64,000 nt of DNA, taken from contig CM068752.1 of NCBI GenBank assembly GCA_035084275.1, positions 8,246,001 through 8,310,000 on the forward strand, given 5' to 3'. A program made the translations under genes and the position numbers. The notes beneath the pieces were generated by a model, which ran no database searches, was not told where the DNA came from, and saw nothing but the letters and a program-made list of their open reading frames with translations. Shown here piece after piece: positions 1 to 10,308 of the stretch. Positions within the stretch are counted from its first letter, which is position 1. Every line of letters begins with the position of its first letter. This DNA comes from Hydrolagus colliei. Its lineage: Eukaryota.

Positions 1-393
1 CACTGTCTAGATTCACACCTCGGAATGACAATGGACAGCCGTTAGCAATTGTGTATCTATTTTCTAATATTTGTCATTGTAGTATGGAAAGGAAGCTGAA
101 AGAAGCATTGAGTGAAAGAAAAAGAATAGTGTGTCATTGGGGTCATCAGCACAGTTTCCCATGTCAGTGAAAACGCTATTGGCATATGGCTAATAGTTCC
201 ATTTAAATAATCTGGCAATAAATTTAGTATTCACCAGTTTCTACAGTGATAAATGATTACCTCCATTTATTAAAAATAAATGAGTGTCACAATATGGTCA
301 AACAAATTGAAAAATGATCTGAACATATTCTGTAATTAACAGCAAAGAAGACATCTTCACTGCCGATTTAAATTCCAGGCCATCTCTATATTT

Positions 394-622
394 ACAACAA
401 CAACAAAATTACACTTGAGGACCAGGATCTTGAGTTGGATCCTCTGGATGATGGGGAGCCAGGATTCGGCAAGGATGGGGAAAATGGGGTCATGGAGTTT
501 GAAACAGTAGAGGACACGGGCCGCAAAGTTCTCGATCATCTGAAACCTGTGGAGAAAGGAATTGGGAAGGCCGACAAGCAGGGCATTTGCATAGTCGAGC
601 CGGGTTGTAATGAAGGCATGAA
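394..622 (-). mobile_element. Older L2-clade LINE, 3' part (split by a younger L2 insertion), joined to a (TTG)n tail
   Basis: Minus strand translates HAFITTRLDYANALLVGLP...WLPIIQRIQLKILVL, the typical L2 ORF2 C-terminal region; (AAC)n on the + strand at ~394-410. Confidence 0.8.
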
Positions 623-2289
623 CAACAACAACAACAAATTACATTTATAGAGCGCCTTTCACGTCGGGAGGACGTCCCAAGGCGCTGCACAGGAGGCGTG
701 TGACCCGAGCTGGGAGGGGAGTGTTTGGGAAGGGGTGAGACACGAAGGGGAGGTCGAAAAATTCGGGGTGGAACAAAAGGCACGGTCGAAGAGGAAAGTC
801 TTCAAACCGGCCTTGAAAGAGGAAAGGGAAGAAGCGAGATGGAGGGATTGGGGGATGGCATTCCATAGGGTGGGAGCGGAGAAACTGAAGGCCCGGCCTC
901 CGATGGTGGGGCGGTTTGGGCGGGGGGCTTTGAGCAGGCCAAGTCCTGTTGAACGGAGGGTCCGGGTGGGCTTGTAGGGGGAAAGTAGATTGGTTAAATA
1001 GGGCGGGGCAAGGCCGTGTAAGGCCTTGAAGGTGAGGACTAGGATCTTGAACTCGATCCTCTGGAGAATGGGGAGCCAATGGAGACGGGCGAGGGTGGGG
1101 GTTATGTGGTTGCGGGGGCGGGTGCGGGATAATACATGGGCTGCAGAGTTTTGGATGACCTGCAGCCTGTGAATGGAGGAAATGGGGAGGCCGACAAGGA
1201 GAGAGTTTCCATAGTCCAGCCTCGAGGTTATGTATGCATGCACGAGTGTTTTGGCAGCGCTGGGGGCTAAGATAGTTGCAGGAGCCTGGCAATGTTGCGC
1301 AGGTGGAAATAAGCGGTGCCGGTCAAGGCACGGATGTGGGGGAGGAAGGAGAGTTTTTGATCGAACGTGATGCCGAGGTTCCTGATTGGCTTTGTGAGGT
1401 GGAGAGTGCAGCCTTGGATTTTGAGGCTGGCAGCGCCCGATGTGCGGAGGCGCTGGCTTGAGCCAATCAGGAGGGCCTCGGTCTTACTCACGTTCAATTG
1501 CAGGAAGTTGTCCCTCGTCCAGGACTCGATGTCGGACAGACATGCTGTCAGAACATCGATGGTCTGGGGGTTGAGGGATGAGACAGAAAGGTACAGCTGG
1601 GTGTCGTCCGCATACATGTGGAAATTTACCCCTTGTTTGCGGATGACATCGCCCAGAGGGAGCGTGTAAAGGGTTAAAAGGAGGGGGCCGAGGACAGAGC
1701 CCTGGGGGACGCCGTGAGAAACTGTGCGGGGGTTTGAGGAAAAACCGTTGGAAGAAACAAAGTGTAAACGGTGGGTCAGGTAGGAATGGAACCAGTCAAG
1801 GACTGTGCCTTGAAGGTTGAGGTGGGAGGAAAGGCGTTGGAGGAGGATGGTGTGATCGACTGTGTCGAATGCAGCAGATAGGTCAAGGAGGACGAGGAGG
1901 CAGAGGGATCCCTGGTCACAGGGGGTTAGGATGTCATTTGTAACCTTAACCAGGGCAGTTTCTGTGCTGTGAATTGGGCGGAAACCTGAATGGAGGGGTT
2001 CAAGGAGTGAGTGAGTTGAAAGGAAAGAGCGGAGCTGGGAGGCAACCACTCTTTCAAGGACCTTGGATAAAAACTGGAGGTTGGAGATGGGTTGATAGCT
2101 TGATGGTTGCGACGCATCAAGGGAGGGTTTCTTCAGGATAGGGGTGATGGTGGCTGTTTTAAAGGAGGTAGGGACGGTGCCTGAGGAGAGGGAAAGGTTG
2201 ATGGTGTCAGAAATGAGCGGGGCCAAAAAATGGAGCTGGGTGCGGAGGAGGGGTGTGGGGATGGGGTGCAATGAGCACGTGGTGGGTTT
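623..2289 (-). mobile_element. Younger 5'-truncated L2-clade LINE: reverse transcriptase domain, C-terminus and 3' tail; frameshifted
   Basis: ORF 1267-2292 has LLDLSAAFDTVDH, GVPQGSVLGP and YADD; ORF 659-1243 has SRLDYGNSLL and HWLPILQRIEFKIL; frameshifts near 1262-1285; tail GCGCCTTGGGACGTCC...GAAAGGCGCTCTATAAATGTAAT(TTG)n. Confidence 0.93.
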
Positions 2290-2935
2290 CACGAATTAGG
2301 GTTTCAGCAGCTTTGGGGGTGACGTAGTGGTAGAGTCGGGAAATATTGCGGAGATGAGAAAAGGCAGAGCGAATCATTGCTTAGATATGGGGGAGAAAAG
2401 ACAGTTTAGAGTTGAACAAGAACTAAGTTCTTGACTGGTTGGTGAGGTCGAGGGAGCAACCATGGATGTTGAAGCTGCCAGCGCCTGATGTGTGAATGCG
2501 CTGGTGCCAGCCAATCAAGACGGCCTCAGTATTGTTGACATTCAACTGAAGAAAGTTAGCTCTCATCCATGACTTGATGTCTGACAGACAATCTGTTTGG
2601 ACATCATTGATCATGGAATCGAGGGTAGAGGCAGAAAGGTATAGTTGGGTGTCATTTGCATACTTGTGGAAGTTGACTCCATGTCTGTGGATGATGTCAC
2701 CAAGGGTGGGAGCACATCGATATTGAAAAGTAGTGGCTAAGGACAGAACCCTAAGGGCTGACAGTACAGGGACTGGAGGAGAAGCCGTTGGTGGCAACAA
2801 AGTGCAAATGGTGAGAGAGGTAAGAGTCAAACCAGGCAAGAGCTGAGATTGAGCTGAGAGAGATGATGTAAGAGGATGAACTGGTTGACAGTGTCGAAGG
2901 CAGCAGAGAAGTCAAGGAGGACATGTAGCCAGAGA
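2290..2935 (-). mobile_element. Older L2 LINE, upstream (RT) part, decayed
   Basis: Minus strand reads HLRNISRLYHYVTPKAAETLI, and ORF 2423-2839 has GVNFHKYANDTQLYLS and WMRANFLQLN; continues logically into the 394-622 fragment. Confidence 0.82.
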
Positions 2936-3469
2936 GTGCCCTCTGTTTTCAACAGCATAAATAATGGCATTGTTATTCCAGACAGACTTGGTAATATTCA
3001 AAATATTTGCAGCAGGGTTGGAATTATTCATTAGAATGGAGCCGAGCATAAACTAAAATGATTTTTGTTACCAGTAGTGCTGTACTCCCTTTCCCACAGA
3101 ATACATTGTTTCATAGGCCAAGGTAATCAATGTATTTTATTTTGTACCCTGAGGTAAGACTGGTGTCCCATCTGATACTTCACTTGAAAGTTGCAACTTC
3201 AGATTAGTTATGAATTTGCTGTTGGCTTACAGTAAAATGAATTGGTATATGTTGCAGTGCTATTTATTAAAAATTATTGAACCTTCACTAGAAAAAAAAG
3301 AGATCTGCATTGTTGAAGTCAGCTATAAATCAATGGATTTTTCACTAGACTGGTGAAACGAGCTGTCAGAAATGGAAACACAGCGTACGCCCTGCGTGGT
3401 CAGCTCAAAAACACTTGCGCATTAACTGAACCATGGCTGAGAGGGTCAACATTATGGCCAAGCTTAATT

Positions 3470-3885
3470 GGGCCTTATTTTCAAAGCCCTCCACGGCCTT
3501 GCTCTCCCTACCTATGTGGCCTGTTAACCTCTATATTGACCTGTCAATCTCTCCACTCAGCGGGATATGAACTACTGCCTGTCCACCTTCACAGTCTGCC
3601 CCAACATCAGTGGTTCGGCCTTTAGCCTTTCTCTCTTCCGTATTTGGAACTCCATTCCGTAGTTCCTTTTCTTCACTCACTCCCTTGCTTCCTTCAGGGC
3701 ATATCTCAAGACCATTCTCTTCAACTCAACCTTCGATTACCCTCCTACCCCTACCCTTCCTGCCCTCCCCCCATTCTGATCCCAACCCCCTGCTCGGGTC
3801 CGAATCCCTGACTGACCAGCACCTTGGGACTTCTTCCCGACATGAAAGGCACTGTGTAAATGTAATTTCTTATTGTTACTGTTGG
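3470..3885 (+). mobile_element. Decayed L2 3' fragment with tail
   Basis: TTCAAAGCCCTCCACGGCCTTGCT (FKALHGLA) and tail CAGCACCTTGGGACTTC...GAAAGGCACTGTGTAAATGTAATTT. Confidence 0.75.
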
Positions 3886-5864
3886 TAATTCAGATCTTCC
3901 TTCTCCTCAGAAGTGAATGTAGTTTTTGTTGTATTCATCTGCCTCTGAAGTGTTGGAAACTCATCACTTGTCAGTCTCGAAGTATGAGTGACAGTCATGA
4001 TGAAGCATCAAACCTTTCTCTTGGCTTTGGACAAAAAGAATATTTTCCTGATAGGATTTGACTTCCTATTTTTTTTCTAGAATTGATGTCTGAATACACT
4101 AACCTACATTTTCAGCATTTTGAATGTAGGTGACATGATAATGGTAAATAAACACACATTGAAGGCAGACACCTCAAATCTTTATTTAGAATCATGGTAT
4201 GATACAAAAAGTAAGGATTTTTGCTTTTTGAATGACCTATATGACAACAAATTTGACTACACAAATAATAATATTTGTACATGTTATTTGACAGTAGATT
4301 GCTACTTGCAATAGAAGTTAATTTTTCCCTGATCAAAGATTATTATTGTTTGCAGTGAAGATGCATTCTTATAAATGTGGAGCTAGTGTGAAAAACCTTC
4401 ACAGCAGTATGATTGTCACTTGCAAGTTGCTGCTAATTTGTGACAGCGTTCTAAAGTTTGCCTGAAATGGATTAAGACTGTTTAAATCCAGTTTTCATGT
4501 GGAACCTCTGCAGCAGTAAATGATTGTGTTGAGTGAGTTTTTTTCCCTCCACAGTGGACAATTACACTGAAGAAGGACACACCTAATTGCTGTAATTACA
4601 CTTCATGGATAATTAACATTTAAATTAAAATCCGACTATATTTGGAGAAAAAATATTCATGTAGTTATGGTTGTTTTTCTCTCTTCACTGAATACCACCG
4701 TGTCTTACTATATATGGATAATATTAATTCAGTTGAAAGTACTAATGTAATACATATTTCATAAATAACATCATCAATTATGAATAATCATATTCAGAAA
4801 AATTTCAAAGTTTAAAATGTGTACATGATTTGAAAATATATTCAAAAGATCTGCTTTTTACATATAATAATTTAGTGTTGGTTATTTTAAAACCCCCTCT
4901 TTAATGATTAATTCTGGTTTCTCATAGGAGCTATGAGAGAATTGTTCCTCAATAAAGGATTAAAAGATGAAATACCTCCAACGGAGTTCAGCAAACTGTA
5001 GCAGAGATTTAGTATTGGACAAAATTAACAAATATTAATCAAGCAGGAAAATGACTGCTTATCTAAGGGAGGGCTTAATTTAATCTAGATTGATGCCCAT
5101 TTTGTAGAATTCTTTATTTGTTATGTTGTATGGCACGCTGTACCTGGTTAGAATGTGACTCAATATTCATTTGAACAATTGTGAACAGAACTGAGCTAAT
5201 TATGCCAGTTTGTACTGTATTTCCTTTCAGGGTGCTATCTCAATCACTCTCAGCTCTGTTTCCAAACACCCCTGGGAAACTCAAGTCTTGAATGCATTTC
5301 AGATTCATAGAGAAAAATATATTTCATAGATATAATCAGAGAAGTTATAGCACTTACTGTGTCCATTGTGCCCATTGAGCCCTTGCCAGTGCTCAAACTT
5401 TCTGATCTTTTGATGGGAAGGAAAGAAAAACACGTCAAAAAAAGTAATGATTTTATGAATTTTCACAAGCATTTCAACCTGAGCAAAGCATCACTAAATT
5501 GGTAATCAGTTGTCTGAATGCAAATCTTCCTCCTTTAGGCAGTGAGCAGGGGGCGTGTGACATATGGTAGAGAGTGGTAATGTCATTCTTTTTTGCCTTT
5601 TGATTCTATCTCCCTGGAACATTCTGTCCTTTTAAAGTTAGCCAAATTATATTGTGACTTTTAGTTCTCTACCCAAACTGATTTCATCTTGGCTGCTCTA
5701 CTTGTGACAATCAAAGAGCAGGACGAGTGTTTTTTGTTGACATCAGACTGACTTGAAAATCTGACCGACAAGCAGGGCTCGTGGCAATGGATGAGTGGCT
5801 TGTGGGTCACAGCCATCATGGCGGGCAATTGGCCGACACCATCTTCCAGTGTGAAAAATGCTGA

Positions 5865-5922
5865 ACAATAAATTACATTTGTACAGTGCCTTTCACACCA
5901 GGATGACGTCCCGAGGTGCTGT
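5865..5922 (-). mobile_element. L2-type 3' tail fragment
   Basis: AATTACATTTGTACAGTGCCTTTCAC...GACGTCCCGAGGTGCTG matches the tail at 635-690. Confidence 0.65.
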
Positions 5923-6068
5923 CAACTGCCATAGTTAAATACCTGGGATGAGGGAGGTGGATAGAGAATTCCTCCTGCAACACCCACATGAAGTCTATTC
6001 CATATCCTTAAATATGGAATGAATTGTCCTCAGTATTGCTAAAATGACTCCCAAGCTTTATGGGAGAG

Positions 6069-6145
6069 AACATTGGAATGTAGGAACAAGAATAACCATT
6101 CACTCCCTTATGCCTGTTCCGCCATTTCTAAAGGATCATGGCTGA
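6069..6145 (-). mobile_element. CR1-type 3' end fragment
   Basis: TAGGAACAAGAATAACCATTCACTCC...GCCTGTTCCGCCATT...GATCATGGCTGA, similar to 53650-53740. Confidence 0.6.
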
Positions 6146-6897
6146 ATTTGAGTCAGGACGATAGGAAGGAAAACAGTTTAGATATAATTAGTTTGTAGTG
6201 CATGGTGACTGTGTGTAAGGGACCTATGGAGGCAAATTGTTTAAAATAATTAAAGGTGGATTTGGATAGCTATTTAGAGGAGTGAGAGGTGTGAGGAAAA
6301 GAGGGTTGGTGTGATTTACTATTGTTCTGGACTGGCCTGATGGGCTGGATTGTGTGGGTTGAGATATCTAAGATCCAGGTAAGAAATTGGATAGTTAAGG
6401 AAATGCAGCCTTATATTGTGTCGTACCTTCAGGAGAGGAGAAATTAGGGCTGAAGATGTAGCTTTAATAATGCACTGTCTTTGAGAATCATATAAAACAA
6501 CATCTTTATGGAGAGAAATTCAAACAAGTTATGTCAGGTGCATTACTCATCATTCCAAATGGTCACTAAGTTATGCAGTTCCAAATCAGCCAGTGATTAA
6601 TTTTCCATTAAGCCGCCAAGTATCATTGCATCTGTTATTCATCCACTCCTTTAGATTGTAAAGTACATTTGCGCAATGTAGAATACAGTAAGATATATTA
6701 TTCTTGGTGAGGTGCCTTGCTATTAAGGCAGATTACTTTTCAGTGCTGTTTTTGTGGCTAACACTTAGCTGCTTGCTACTTGTGTGTTGCTATGGTGATG
6801 GGGAAAAAGACTTGTGCAGTTGCAAAGAATACTTACACTGTGTGCCGTGTGGGAAACCAAAATGCTGTCTGTCTTCTTGTATTGCTGTGTTAATAAG

Positions 6898-7245
6898 TGG
6901 ATTTCTGTAGTGTAGTGGTTAGTATTCTCTCCTCGCAAGCGAGAGACCTGGGCATAATTTCCAGACAGAGCGTAACCTTTAGGCAAGTTTCTTTAGTCTA
7001 CTCACCTCTGCTTACCTAGAAGTAAGTTGCAACCTGGTTGTTAGTGAATTAGTGGATTGCTTTCCGAGTGTCTTAATCCTTTTTAAAAAAAATAATTTTG
7101 TCACTCAATCCACAACTCTTTGCTGTTGCTGTGTTTTGCCCACAAAGTACACAGTCGATCCACTTTGCAATATATCCTATGAAGTACTTTGAGACGTCTC
7201 AACAATGTGATAAGATGTTCTATCAAATGCAAGAATTATTGTTAT
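6898..7245 (+). mobile_element. tRNA-derived SINE with Deu-like body and LINE-type tail
   Basis: A-box-like TAGTGTAGTGGTT, decayed B box, GGCAAGTTTCTTTA; 3' part GCCCACAAAGTACACAGTC...CTTTGAGACGTC...TATCAAATGCAAGAATTATT; same family as 53323-53642. Confidence 0.7.
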
Positions 7246-7819
7246 AAACTGCTATCATACTACAGTAACTAATAATCTTAGCAAAGTGCCACAAGAATCA
7301 TGTTCAACAAACACCATCTCATCATCTTAATGTTCTGATCTACCCTTAATCAAAAGTTCATTTGAAGGAAATGTCTAGAGTGGTCTTCAGTTATAGTATC
7401 ACATGTTGTAATTTTGACCACACTATAAATTGTTTTCTATGTACAGTGAATGTGTTGGTATAATTTCTCAGTAATTTAGATGTATAAATATTTGCATCCT
7501 CCTGCTTCTGTTGCAGTGATATTTATGTAAATTGTAGACTTAACCAATTGTAATGCACAAAAAATGCCATTACCTAATCAGTGTCAGTTACTGTGTAAGT
7601 ATATCACATCACACACAATGAACAATTTATATGGACACTATACCTAAGGCACTCAGCCCCAATTTAATCAACCAGTTTTGAATACTTTTCACTTTATTAA
7701 CCAGATTGAGCCTGTATCTGTCCAAGTGTAGGGTTGATTAAAGTATACCCGAATACATGAACCTACAGTGAATCATTTTGAACTGCAGCAATTTTAAGAT
7801 AACAGAACATATTTGATAT

Positions 7820-8052
7820 AAAAACAAAAGTTGCTGGGGAAACTCAGCAGGTCAAGCAGCATCCATAGAGAAAGGAAAAAGTTTCAATGTTTTGGGTCTA
7901 CAACCCTTCGTCAGACGGTTCTGACGAAAGGTTGTAGACTTGAAATATTGACTCTTTTTCCTTTCTCCTAGGATGCTGCTTGACCTGCTGAGTTTCCCCA
8001 GCGACTTTTGTTTTTGTTTCAGATTCCCAGCATCTGTAGTATTTTTTGTTTT
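7820..8052. repeat. Palindromic (fold-back) interspersed repeat with ~95-bp inverted arms and hammerhead-like cores; putative Penelope-derived non-autonomous element
   Basis: Arms ~7821-7915 and ~7920-8015 are reverse complements around loop CGGT; CTGACGA...GAAA at 7921-7945; related copies at 33265 and 49570. Confidence 0.8.
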
Positions 8053-8796
8053 GTTCATATATTTTATATATTCTTGATATTATGAAATGAATTGTGGGCC
8101 AAGCATTGCACATAGCAGTGGCTCCACAAGCAGTCGTGGATATACTTGATGGTAATCCTCTTTGTAGATACTGCATTTAGTTTGATGAAAAGGTCATTTT
8201 AATTTGAGTTCACAATGTCTGACTTTGAACATCACAGATAAAGTAGTAGTAAAGTTAAAGGGTTAAAAAGCTGATAGGGTAAATTGAATGTACCTAAAGT
8301 AACAAGTGTCTACTTAGTGGAATTGTCACCTTGAAATGAGATATTTCATTTTAAATCAATATAAATCATGTAACACAAGTTTGGAGGTGTTTGGGTGGAA
8401 TGATGAATTATTGAGTTATAAACAGATTCCACAGCAATGGTAAGTGGTGATGGGGAGAAACATAATTATTATCAAAGAAAATAAAAGATAAGCGTTGGAT
8501 TTAACAAAATACATATTTTGTGAAATGCACTCGGTCCATTTAAATAAATATTTGAACACATCCATTTGTGTATACATTGAACTTTTCCTAAAATAATAAA
8601 CTTCCTGCACTCAGTACAACTCACTTGTTTTTAATCTTTTCTGTTTATTTATTTCCCATCTACTTTTAACTTTTTCAATATTGCCTTTAAATCTGATTTC
8701 CAATGGATTGCTTCACTTTGTATTATTATGGTGCTTTCATGACTGTGCTCAAAAGACAATTAGTATTATTTGCTCTCTATACCATTGACTAAAAAG

Positions 8797-9297
8797 GACA
8801 ACAAAATTACATTTGTGTAGAGCAAAGGTGCCAGACAGTCCCAAGGTGCCAGACAGTCAGTATTTCAGACACGAGCTGGGGTCTGCATTGGGGAGGTTGG
8901 AGTGAAACAAGATGATTTGGGGTGACCGATGGGGTCAAAGAGGATTTTTTGAGGCGGGACTTGAAGGAGACTAGGGAGTGGGTGAGGCAGAGGGAGTGCA
9001 GGATGAAATTCCAGAGGTTGTAGGCAAAAGGACTGAAGGCATGCCCGCTGATGGTGAGGCCGGTGGGTCAGAGCACATGGCGCAGGTTGGAGCCCTATGA
9101 GCAGAGTGAAGGGAACAGGCAGTTTGGTAGGGGGTTAGGAGGTCACAAAGGTAAGTTGGGGTGAGGCCGTAGAAGACTTCGAAGGCATGGACCAGGATCT
9201 TGAATTGATTTCTCTGGATGATGGGAAGCCAATAGAGTTGGGTGAAAATGGAGGAGATGGGGTCGCGGAGCATGGAGTAGTAGACGACACGGGCTGT
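8797..9297 (-). mobile_element. Decayed L2 3' fragment
   Basis: ORF 8971-9273 has LYWLPIIQRNQFKILVHAFEVFYGLTPTYL; tail ACAACAAAATTACATTTG at ~8800. Confidence 0.8.
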
Positions 9298-9439
9298 CTT
9301 TGTTTTTGTACTGTTGTTCTTTAATCTTTTTCTCTCTCCTACTTTTCCTGTACCATTGAATCATTTTCTGCCTTGCCTTCATTTCCCAAAACAATCTTAA
9401 TAATAATTTTAAAAATTATTTTATAAATGAAATATACTT

Positions 9440-9600
9440 AATAATAATACTTGCATTTTGTATAGTAACTTATCATATCTTTGAAATATAATAATTGCTT
9501 CACAGAATATACTGTAAAGTGAATTGACTGTATATTTTGTGGGCAAAACATGGCTGGTAATTGGGCACAGCAGTGTCCCACAAACAGTCGTGGATTGAAT
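9440..9600 (-). mobile_element. Deu-like SINE 3' half
   Basis: AATAATACTTGCATTT...CAGAATATACTGTAAAGTGAATTGACTG...GCACAGCAGTGTCCCACAAACAG. Confidence 0.7.
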
Positions 9601-10047
9601 TTGATTTTTTTTTAGACTTAACTTTTTCTGTCAGACCTGTTGCACATGCTCTGTTAAAATAGGGAGCTGTACAATGTTTCGGAAGAAAAATATCTGAATG
9701 AAATTACTTCCATTTTCAGAATAGATTACATTTAATTCATCTTAAATTGATGTGAGCTGGATTTCATCTTCCTGGCAATTTATTCACCACCTTCTCATCA
9801 GCCACTACATTTGTCAGACAGCATCAAGTTACTGACTAATGAATATATTGTGTAGTTAATGGGCCAGAAATTCAGGAGAGATTTGAATCAGATTGTATAA
9901 ACAAACCTAGTTTGAATCAATTTGCTATACAGGTGGTGTAAACAGCCTATGAATTTTAAAGTTAGTGCATGCATTATTTTGGAATAAAATTCTGCTAATT
10001 TGAAATGGGTAGAAATTGCGAACAAATTGCAATGAAAAGCTAATGCA

Positions 10048-10308
10048 TAATATAGGAATAAGAGGAGGCCATTCAGCCCCTCAAGCCTATTCCGCCGTTC
10101 TATTAGATCATGGTTGATCTGATCTGTACCTCAAAATATCCGCCTTTGCCCCATATCCTTTGACACCATGACCTAATAAAAATCAGAACATTTGAATGGA
10201 TCCAACATCCACAGTCTTTTGGGAGAGAGAATTCCAGATTTCCACTATCCTTTGTGTGAATAATTGCTTCCTGATTTCACTTCTAAATGGTCTAGCTCTA
10301 ATTTTAAA
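10048..10308 (-). mobile_element. CR1-clade LINE 3' fragment
   Basis: Minus strand encodes KIRARPFRSEIRKQLFTQRIVEIWNSL; CR1 3' end GGCCATTCAGCCCCTCAAGCC...GATCATGG. Confidence 0.8.

Noticed and set aside
435-2120. Other ORFs overlapping the L2 elements
   Set aside because: Alternative-frame or antisense shadows of GC-rich LINE sequence
3100-3153. Candidate small exon (CCCACAG ... GAG|GTAAGA)
   Set aside because: Two frames have stops; the open frame (IHCFIGQGNQ...) is unlike any Pcdh constant exon
6898-6970. tRNA-like A/B boxes (also 53570-53642)
   Set aside because: No complete cloverleaf and followed by a SINE body and tail, so these are SINE heads, not tRNA genes
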